64,000 nucleotides of DNA from Thermoplasmata archaeon (GTDB lineage: Archaea > Thermoplasmatota > Thermoplasmata > Lutacidiplasmatales > UBA184), in contig JAKIVX010000008.1 of NCBI GenBank assembly GCA_022750335.1, positions 785-64,784 of the forward strand. The letters run 5' to 3'. Below, one piece after another: positions 45,233 to 52,304 of this stretch (its first letter is position 1; the number at the start of each line of letters is the position of its first letter). The notes under the pieces are model-generated. The model saw nothing but the letters and a program-made list of their open reading frames with translations. It did not search any database and had not been told where the DNA came from. A program made the position numbers and the translations under genes.

Positions 45233-46657
45233 CTAGAACGGGCCGGTCCGGCCCGGGTTGTCGAAGTTGGTCAGCAGGAGCTGACCGCGAGAGTGTGGCC
45301 GGCCCACCGGTGCGATGAGCGGGTCCTCCTCGAGTGCCGGCATCGTGTCGGAGATGGGCACATCGACCAGGATCTCGCGGGTGCGCCCGCCGCGGCCACG
45401 GGAGACGATGGTCGCACGTATGAGGCCGAGCGATTCGAGCTCGCTGACGTAGTTGGAGATCGACCGCGCATGGAGGGGCTGCAGCCCGAGGCGCTCCGCG
45501 AGTCGGCGATAGGCGTCGTAGACCTCGCCGGTGAGCACGCCGTTCCGCCGCCGTTCGCACGCCTGCAGGATGGCGTAGAGGAGCACCTTGCAGTGCGGCG
45601 GAAGGGTCCGGCAGCAGTCGAGGATGATATCCTGCTCGAGACGGTTCTTCGCCTTGACGACGTGGTCAGGGGTGATCCGCTTCGCGCGATCGCGTTCGGC
45701 CATCTCGGCGGAGAGCCGGAGGAGCGCGAGTGCCCGGCGGGCGTCCCCGTTCTCGAGCGCAGCGTACGCGGCGCACCTCTCGACCACGCCGGGGTCGACG
45801 ACGCCGTCCCGGAAGGCTTCCTTCGCCCGGTCGCGCAGGATGTCTTGGAGCTGCAGCGCGTCGTACGGGGGGAAGAGGATCTTCTCCTCGTTGAGCCGGC
45901 TGCGGACTCGGGCGTCCAAGTGGTTCGTGAACTTGAGGTCGTTCGAAATCCCGAGGAGGACCAGGCGGGCGAGCTCGAGCTCGGTGTTGATCTGGCTCAA
46001 CGTGTAGAGGACCCCGTCCCCGCTCCGGGCGACGAGCCGGTCGATCTCGTCAAGGACGAGGATGACCGTGCCGCCGTTCAGGTCCATCAGGCGACGCATC
46101 GCGGCCTGCACCCGGTCGAGCGACCATCCGGTCGGGATGCGGTCGGACTCGTTCTTCGCGAAGGTGTTGGCGATCGTCTGAAGCAGGCTGTACGGCGTGT
46201 CGATGTTCCCACAATTGACGTAGACGAAGGCGATGTGGCTCGCGAGCTCGGTCCGCCGCTGGATGTCCTGCAAAACCTGGGAGACGACGGCGGTCTTCCC
46301 CGTACCGATCTTCCCGTAGAGTAGGAGGTTCGAGGGGACGTCACCGCGCAGCGCCGGCGCTAGGACCTCGGCCACCTGACGGATCTGCTGCTCCCGGTGC
46401 GGGAGCCGGTTCGGGATGTAGGAGTCGCGCAGGATCTCGCGGCTGGCGCGGAACAATTCGCTCTTCGTTTCGAGGATCGAGTCAAGGAACCCGGCCGCCG
46501 AGGTCGGAGGGGGCGGCGGATTCCCGAGCGCGGGAGCCGCGGACGGACCGGCCCCGGTCGGGCGCTCGTTGACCGACGTGGTGGTCGTGCCGGGTGCAGT
46601 TCCGGCCGTGAACCGGCCCGCATCGTCGCCCGGTCGATCTTCAGAAACAGGTGTCAA
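45233..46657 (-). CDS. cdc6: Orc1/Cdc6 replication initiator with disordered N-terminal extension (start uncertain)
   Basis: Walker A LLYGKIGTGKT, Walker B VLDEID, and a winged-helix C-terminus. TTG 46657 was chosen because a plausible plus-strand gene occupies 46830..47069. TTG at 'SELF' is a shorter alternative. Confidence 0.88.
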   Translation of the reverse strand: MTPVSEDRPGDDAGRFTAGTAPGTTTTSVNERPTGAGPSAAPALGNPPPPPTSAAGFLDSILETKSELFRASREILRDSYIPNRLPHREQQIRQVAEVLAPALRGDVPSNLLLYGKIGTGKTAVVSQVLQDIQRRTELASHIAFVYVNCGNIDTPYSLLQTIANTFAKNESDRIPTGWSLDRVQAAMRRLMDLNGGTVILVLDEIDRLVARSGDGVLYTLSQINTELELARLVLLGISNDLKFTNHLDARVRSRLNEEKILFPPYDALQLQDILRDRAKEAFRDGVVDPGVVERCAAYAALENGDARRALALLRLSAEMAERDRAKRITPDHVVKAKNRLEQDIILDCCRTLPPHCKVLLYAILQACERRRNGVLTGEVYDAYRRLAERLGLQPLHARSISNYVSELESLGLIRATIVSRGRGGRTREILVDVPISDTMPALEEDPLIAPVGRPHSRGQLLLTNFDNPGRTGPF

Positions 46658-46829
46658 CGTCGAAGCCTGCCCGGCCCTCGGGCGGAGTTCGCAGGTTCGC
46701 GAGCCATATCTACCTTTTGTCGGTCGACGGCCGAACCCGACGTTTTCTGTCGATAACGGACGCGTCGGCTGAGTTCTGCCGCGCTTCGCGACTCGGCCGG
46801 CTCCGACCCAACCGATTTGAAGGAGCATC

Positions 46830-47069
46830 GTGTCCGCACCCGGGATGTCCGGGTACGGTGAAGCGCACTCCCGCCCCTCGCACGGCCACGAGCGGAGCCC
46901 CATTTCGGTGGGCTGGGTCATTTTGTCGGCCACCCTGATCGGCCTCGGGCTGCTCCTGATGGCCTACTTCCTGCTGACGTTCAACCTCCTCCTCCTGGTC
47001 GGGATCGCGCCCTGCGTCGCCGGCGGACTGATGTTGTTCGACCGACGGGCCGGATTCGACTCCGCGTAA
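46830..47069 (+). CDS. Small 2-TM membrane protein
   Basis: 79 aa with a GTG start, GC3-rich codons and two clear hydrophobic helices. Confidence 0.55.
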   Translation: MSAPGMSGYGEAHSRPSHGHERSPISVGWVILSATLIGLGLLLMAYFLLTFNLLLLVGIAPCVAGGLMLFDRRAGFDSA

Positions 47070-47084
47070 CCGACAGGACTCGGC

Positions 47085-47924
47085 ATGGAGTCGGCACCCG
47101 GGTCCGTCGGACCCCTCGTGGTGAAACTCGGCGGAAGCGTCATCACCCGGAAGCGGGAAGCCGAGCGGGTGCGCCCGAAGATCCTCCGCCGTCTCTCCGA
47201 GGAGGTGAGTTCGGTCGCCGACACGCCGATGGTGCTCCTGCACGGCGCAGGCTCGTTCGGGCACCCGGGAGCCCGCAAGTTCGGCCTCGCTCGGCCTCCA
47301 GAACCGGAAGGCTCCCCCGCCCGAAGGAGCCGGGGGGCCGCGATCGTTTCGGCCGAGGTCCGGCGGCTCCACCTCCTCGTCCTCCGCGAGCTCGTCCGTG
47401 CGGGCGCCGCTCCCTGGTCGATTCCGGTGGCAAACCACGCCCGCAATCGCGAGGGCCGGTTGGTTTCGATCGACCTCGCCCCGTTCCGGGCCGCCCTCGA
47501 ACGCAGCGTGATCCCCGTCTCGTTTGGGGACGTCGTTCCGGACGACGCGTGGGGCTGGTCGATCCTCAGCGCGGACACGATCGCGGTCGAGCTAGCCCGG
47601 GAGCTCCCGGCCCGCCGGGTCGTTTTCGTCAGCGACGTGCCCGGGATCCTCCGCGCCCGGACGGGCGGAAAGCCCTCGGTGTTCGAGGACGTGTCCGATG
47701 CGGTCGTCGAAGGACTTCGTCGGGTCGGGTCCGGTCCCGATGTGACCGGTGGGATCCGGGGCAAAGCGGAAGCCATGCGGGCGATCGCCGCCACCGGCGT
47801 GGACGCAGGTCTTATTAGCGGACTCAAGGATGGAGAACTCTCGCGGGCGCTGCGGGGGGAATTCGTCTACGGGAGCTGGGCCCACGCACGACCCCCCGGT
47901 CCCTCCGGACGCGGCGGGAATTGA
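47085..47924 (+). CDS. Isopentenyl phosphate kinase
   Basis: Amino-acid-kinase fold motifs VVKLGGSVIT and LLHGAGSFGHP, matching archaeal IPK as I recall it. Confidence 0.85.
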   Translation: MESAPGSVGPLVVKLGGSVITRKREAERVRPKILRRLSEEVSSVADTPMVLLHGAGSFGHPGARKFGLARPPEPEGSPARRSRGAAIVSAEVRRLHLLVLRELVRAGAAPWSIPVANHARNREGRLVSIDLAPFRAALERSVIPVSFGDVVPDDAWGWSILSADTIAVELARELPARRVVFVSDVPGILRARTGGKPSVFEDVSDAVVEGLRRVGSGPDVTGGIRGKAEAMRAIAATGVDAGLISGLKDGELSRALRGEFVYGSWAHARPPGPSGRGGN

Positions 47925-48975
47925 CCTCAGCCATCGCAAAGCCGAACACGTCAAGGTCGTCCTCGGCCAGAAGGTCGACGGTCGGTACCGGTACTGGGAC
48001 GACATCCAGCTCGTCCACCAGGCCCTCCCCAATATCGACTTCGAGGAGGTGGACACCTCCACGACCCTTCTGGGCCACGCCCTCGCCGCTCCGATCGTCA
48101 TCACCGGTATGACGGGGGGTTTCCCGGACGCGGTGAAGATCAACGAAAACCTTGCCCGTGCGGCCTCCGAGGTCGGGATCGCGATGGGAGTCGGCAGCGA
48201 GCGGGCGGCCATCCTCAAGGGACAGTACCCGGAAAGTTACTCCTGCGTGGCCCGGTACCCGGTCCCGCTAAGGTTCGCGAACATCGGCGCGCCCCAGGTC
48301 ATCCCGCAGCACCCGGGCGAAGCGGTCGTGGGAGCCCCCGAAGTCCGTGCGGCCATGGACCTCATCCACGCCGACGTGCTCGCCATCCACCTCAATTTCC
48401 TCCAAGAGATGGTGCAGCCGGGCGGCGACCGGAAGGCGAAGGGAGTCCTCGACCGGATCGGCGCGCTCGCCGAGGAGTTCCCGGTGCTCGTGAAGGAAAC
48501 GGGGGCCGGCATCTCCCGCTCCGTCGCAGAGCAACTCCGCGACCGCAAGGTCCGAGGGTTCGACGTGAGCGGGACGGGCGGCACGTCGTTCGCGGCCGTC
48601 GAGCACTATCGTGCGGTGGAGCAGGGAGCCGACCGCGAGGCCCGCGTCGGAAAGACGTTCTGGGATTGGGGCATCCCCTCGCCGGTCTCCGTAGTGGACC
48701 TGGTCCCCCTCGGGTTGCCCGTGATCGCGAGCGGGGGGATCCGCTCGGGCCTCGATGTCGCGCGCGCGATCGCCCTCGGGGCGAGCGCGGCCGGGACGGC
48801 GGGGGGGGTCCTGCGGGCCGCCGCGACCGGCTACGCGGAGACCCGCCGGGAGCTCGACCACCTGGTGCATGAACTGAAGGTCGCGATGTTCCTCACTGGG
48901 TCGCGGACGCTGGACGAGCTCCAGCGGGCCCCGTACGTCGTGACGGGGGAGAGTCGGCAGTGGTTGCATCACTGA
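47830..48975 (+). CDS. fni: Type 2 isopentenyl-diphosphate delta-isomerase (FMN-dependent)
   Basis: SHRKAEHV..., ITGMTGG, VKETGAGIS and GGIRSGLDVARAIALGA. ATG 47830 is the only in-frame start upstream of the conserved N-terminus, so the gene overlaps IPK by 95 nt. Confidence 0.85.
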   Translation: MENSRGRCGGNSSTGAGPTHDPPVPPDAAGIDLSHRKAEHVKVVLGQKVDGRYRYWDDIQLVHQALPNIDFEEVDTSTTLLGHALAAPIVITGMTGGFPDAVKINENLARAASEVGIAMGVGSERAAILKGQYPESYSCVARYPVPLRFANIGAPQVIPQHPGEAVVGAPEVRAAMDLIHADVLAIHLNFLQEMVQPGGDRKAKGVLDRIGALAEEFPVLVKETGAGISRSVAEQLRDRKVRGFDVSGTGGTSFAAVEHYRAVEQGADREARVGKTFWDWGIPSPVSVVDLVPLGLPVIASGGIRSGLDVARAIALGASAAGTAGGVLRAAATGYAETRRELDHLVHELKVAMFLTGSRTLDELQRAPYVVTGESRQWLHH

Positions 48976-50507
48976 CCCCGCGGGCCCCCACGCCCGACGA
49001 GATCCATCGCACCAAGCTCGAGCGGGTCCGGGTAAAGGGTGGCGGTCGACTCCCGACCAACGTCGATTGGGTACGCTCCCTGCCTCCCGAGGAGGCCGCG
49101 GAATTCTCCCGCTCGGTCCTCCGGAAGCCGTCCCGAAGCCTCTCGGGTGTCGCGATCGTGGCGGTCATGACGGCCCCGGCGCGGTGTCCGCACGGGCGTT
49201 GCACCTACTGCCCCGGAGGGGTCGAGAACGCGAGCCCCCAGAGTTACACGGGTGAGGAGCCGAGTGCGCTGCGCGGGGCCCAGTTCCATTACGACTCGGA
49301 AGCGATCACGACGAACCGGATCACGACCCTCGAAGCCGCCGGACATCCGACCAGCAAGGTCGAGGCGATCGTGATGGGCGGAACGTTTCCAGCCCGACCC
49401 CGGACGTTTCAGGAGGGGGTCCTGCGCGGCATCTACGACGGGCTGAACGGCTGTCGGTCGGGCTCCCTATCGGACGCGGTCGAGCGCAACGAGCGCGCGG
49501 AGCACCGCATGGTCGGTCTCACGGTCGAAACCCGACCCGACTGGTGCGACGGGCGAGTGCTCCCCTTCCTGCTCGAGGCCGGGGTCACGCGCGTCGAGGT
49601 CGGCGTGGAGTGCCTCCGGGACGATGTCCTCGAAGCCGTGGGCCGGGCGCACGGGGTGGGGGACGTCGCGCGGGCGAGCCGGGAGACCCGGGATCGGGGG
49701 TTGAAGGTCGGTTACCACCTCATGATCGGACTGCCCGGGATGACGCCGGAGCTCGACCTTGCGGATTTCTCCCGGATCTTCGATAGTCCCGACTTTCGGC
49801 CCGACTTCCTGAAGATCTACCCGACGCTGGTCCTGCCAGGAACGCCTCTCTACGCCGATTGGAAGTCCGGCGCGTACGTCCCGTACGATACGGAGACCGC
49901 GGTCCGAGTCCTCGCGGGAATGAAGCGAGCCGTCCCTCCGTGGGTTCGGATCCACCGGATCCAGCGGGATATCCCGTCCCGTCTGATCGCGGCCGGGGTT
50001 CGGACGAGTAACGTTCGGGAACTCGCGATGGCCCGACTCCGCGACGAGGGACTCCACTGCCGTTGCCTTCGATGCCGCGAAGCGGGACGGCGCTCCTCCC
50101 CTCCCCCCGAGGAGTTTCGCCCCATGGAACATAGCTACCTTGCGTCGGGAGGACGGGAGGTGTTCCTCTCCTGGGAGGCCCCCGAGACCGACACCATCGT
50201 CGGATACCTCCGTCTCCGGTTCCCGTCGGGGACGACCGAGGGAGCTCTCGATGCGCCCGTGATCCGGGAGCTCAAGGTGCTCGGCCGGGAGGTCCCCGTC
50301 GGCGGGACCAGCGAGGACGCTGGCCAGTACCAGCATCGGGGGTTCGGGCGCTCTCTGCTCGAGCGCGCCGAGGAGCGAGTGCACTCGACCGGGTTCGATC
50401 GAATCTACGTCACGAGCGCCGTCGGCACTCGGGAATACTACCGGGCCCGCGGGTACGAGCGCTCGGGCCCGTACATGGTGAAGCGGCTGACCCGCCCTGC
50501 CTCCTAG
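48960..50507 (+). CDS. elp3: Elp3-type radical SAM / GNAT tRNA U34 modification enzyme
   Basis: Radical SAM CPHGRCTYCPGG and a C-terminal GNAT QHRGFGRSLLERAE; 515 aa. It overlaps the fni stop by 16 nt. Confidence 0.9.
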   Translation: MVASLTPRAPTPDEIHRTKLERVRVKGGGRLPTNVDWVRSLPPEEAAEFSRSVLRKPSRSLSGVAIVAVMTAPARCPHGRCTYCPGGVENASPQSYTGEEPSALRGAQFHYDSEAITTNRITTLEAAGHPTSKVEAIVMGGTFPARPRTFQEGVLRGIYDGLNGCRSGSLSDAVERNERAEHRMVGLTVETRPDWCDGRVLPFLLEAGVTRVEVGVECLRDDVLEAVGRAHGVGDVARASRETRDRGLKVGYHLMIGLPGMTPELDLADFSRIFDSPDFRPDFLKIYPTLVLPGTPLYADWKSGAYVPYDTETAVRVLAGMKRAVPPWVRIHRIQRDIPSRLIAAGVRTSNVRELAMARLRDEGLHCRCLRCREAGRRSSPPPEEFRPMEHSYLASGGREVFLSWEAPETDTIVGYLRLRFPSGTTEGALDAPVIRELKVLGREVPVGGTSEDAGQYQHRGFGRSLLERAEERVHSTGFDRIYVTSAVGTREYYRARGYERSGPYMVKRLTRPAS

Positions 50508-50523
50508 CCACCCCGGCAAAGCC

Positions 50524-50527
50524 TTTT
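50524..50527 (+). terminator. Oligo-T tract after elp3 (possible archaeal terminator)
   Basis: gccTTTTggc lies 17 nt after the elp3 stop. Confidence 0.25.
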
Positions 50528-50761
50528 GGCCCTCCCGGCACGAGTAGGGGGTGATGCGAACGCGGCTTGCCGTTGATGCCCCGCCGCCTCCCCCGCTCCG
50601 TTCGCGATGCCGGTGCGGACATTTGCCCACCCACCACATGGCCGTCGCACCGATCGGTACTTCCGGAAACTACCGGCTCGAACCCACCGCCCCGTGCGCC
50701 ATCTGCGGGGAGGGAATCTGCCGGAAGTACTCCCCCGGCGAATCCTAGGCGCGCCCAGCCC

Positions 50762-51217
50762 CTACCCGTAGGCGGTCTTGATCAGGTAGTCCTTCAGACG
50801 GTGGAGCCGGTCGTCCCAGAGATGGAAGTGCCAGGAGCGCGCGTCCTGCCATGCCTCCCCGCTCTCCCAACCCACGTGCTCGAGCGTCACGTCGATCCCC
50901 TCGGGCGACTCCTGGAGGCGGACGTAGACGTGGGTCTTCGGGAGCGGGTCGTTCATCAACGACGCGAACTCGGGAGGCCCCTCCCAACTGAAATCGATGT
51001 CGAGGTCCGGCGTGATCTGGAGAACCTCTCCGTGGCTCTCGAACGCGACCGGGGCGGTCCATCCTAGGCGATACTCTCCGCCTTTCTTCGCCTCGATCGT
51101 AGCCGAATCGGAGAGCCACCCCGTCACGTGGGCCGGGTCGGTGAACCCGGAAAAGATCATGGCCATGGGGAGCGGGATACAGACCTGGATCAGGATCGGG
51201 TCAAGCTCCTCGTCCAC
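50762..51217 (-). CDS. SRPBCC / AHSA1-like domain protein
   Basis: 151 aa. The pattern ...FTDPAHVTGWL...GGEYRLGW...THVYVRL... is typical of Aha1/START-like domains. Confidence 0.75.
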   Translation of the reverse strand: MDEELDPILIQVCIPLPMAMIFSGFTDPAHVTGWLSDSATIEAKKGGEYRLGWTAPVAFESHGEVLQITPDLDIDFSWEGPPEFASLMNDPLPKTHVYVRLQESPEGIDVTLEHVGWESGEAWQDARSWHFHLWDDRLHRLKDYLIKTAYG

Positions 51218-51332
51218 GAGGCCCGCTCTCGTGCCTTCACCTAAAGGTTTTCGGTGGCGCGACCGTCCGCTCGGGGGCGGTTCGCGCGAAGCCCGCCCGC
51301 GGGGCCGCAGGCCGCTCGCCCCACCCTAGTCT

Positions 51333-51339
51333 CATATAG
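51333..51339 (+). promoter_or_regulatory. TATA-like box (CATATAG) for tRNA-Pro
   Basis: Centred about 27 nt upstream of the tRNA 5' end. The same heptamer occurs upstream of nreA. Confidence 0.4.
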
Positions 51340-51363
51340 CGAGAAGCATGGTCGGCCAACGTC

Positions 51364-51438
51364 TGGGACTGTGGGGTAGCTTGGTCCATCCTTCGGGGTT
51401 CGGGACTCCGAGACGCCAGTTCAAATCTGGCCAGTCCC
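51364..51438 (+). tRNA. tRNA-Pro (anticodon CGG)
   Basis: Hand-folded: acceptor GGGACTG/CAGTCCC, T arm GCCAG-TTCAAAT-CTGGC, anticodon stem CGGGG/CTCCG, loop TTCGGGA. The D arm is slightly irregular. No CCA is encoded. Confidence 0.85.
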
Positions 51439-51490
51439 ACTGCCAAGCGCGGCTCGGCCGAGGCGGACGGACGGTCGCGCCGCCTCGAGC

Positions 51491-52159
51491 CTAAAGGGTC
51501 TCGACGAGCTTGCGGACCTCGACCCCACCGGCGGTCAGGACCGGCCCTCCGTGGTAGCTGAGGAGCGAATCCACCGAGAGCTGGCTCATCCGGCGAGCCG
51601 AGATCTGGGCGGTCGGGACGTGGTGGGAGTATTCGGGTGGGGTCAGGTCGAGGTGTCCTCCGCTTCCGAAGAACAGGTCCCCCGAGAACAGGAGCTTCCG
51701 TTCGGCCTGGTAATAGGCGGTGTGGCCCGGGGTGTGCCCAGGGGTGTGGTACGCAATGAGACCACCCGCGGCATCGAGCGAATCCCCGTCTTTCAAGGTC
51801 TCATCGACGTGGAACGGCTCGGCGGGAGGCGAGCCCGGGCCATCGTACTTCGGTTTCTCGGCGATGTAGGCGGCCTCGATCCAGTGAGCGAACGTCCGGG
51901 CCCCTGTCACCTTTGCGAGGTGCTTCAGCGACCCCGTGTGGTCCCGGTGGAGGTGCGTGATGAGGATCTTCTTGATCGCGCGCGGCTCGACATGGATCTT
52001 GGCCAGGTACGCTGTGACCTTCTCGTGCGCACCGGGAAGGCCGGTGTCGATGAGCGTCCAAGTCGCTCCCTGGTCCTTCACCAGGTAGACGTGGGTCGTG
52101 AACTCGGGGCTCGGGTCGATCCCGTCGATCAGATGTACGCCCGGCAAAATTTCTGCCAT
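51491..52159 (-). CDS. MBL-fold metallo-hydrolase
   Basis: THLHRDHTG (HxHxDH); 222 aa. Confidence 0.85.
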   Translation of the reverse strand: MAEILPGVHLIDGIDPSPEFTTHVYLVKDQGATWTLIDTGLPGAHEKVTAYLAKIHVEPRAIKKILITHLHRDHTGSLKHLAKVTGARTFAHWIEAAYIAEKPKYDGPGSPPAEPFHVDETLKDGDSLDAAGGLIAYHTPGHTPGHTAYYQAERKLLFSGDLFFGSGGHLDLTPPEYSHHVPTAQISARRMSQLSVDSLLSYHGGPVLTAGGVEVRKLVETL

Positions 52160-52276
52160 GTTCGTGCTCAGCCCTATCCGTTCGAGCCATAAATTCCATT
52201 CGGGACCGGCCCGGAACCCGCCGGCTTGAAGGGGTGCGGAGGCGTGTCACTCTCTCGACAGTTCGAGCAGAGCGCT

Positions 52277-52284
52277 CTTATATC
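52277..52284 (+). promoter_or_regulatory. TATA-like box (CTTATATC) for the surface-protein gene
   Basis: Its centre is about 25 nt upstream of ATG 52305, consistent with a leaderless mRNA. Confidence 0.4.
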
Positions 52285-52304
52285 GGGACAACGACGGTAG
52301 GACG

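Noticed and set aside
46658-46829. The replication origin expected directly upstream of orc1/cdc6.
   Set aside because: No AT-rich unwinding element and no ORB or mini-ORB dyads are visible. The only features are short TTTT(c)TGTCG repeats. This is insufficient to call an origin, and the point is kept only as a comment in the Orc1 finding.
50551-50748. A 65-aa ORF in the elp3/SRPBCC convergent gap with Cys pairs (CRCGH … CAICGEGIC), considered as a possible small zinc-finger protein. GTGATGC and TGATGC boxes nearby were also considered as a C/D-box sRNA.
   Set aside because: The N-terminal half is Pro/Arg junk. There is no promoter-like element or RBS. No CTGA D box lies at a suitable distance from the C-box-like sequences. 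Coding cannot be excluded, but it is not supportable from the sequence alone.
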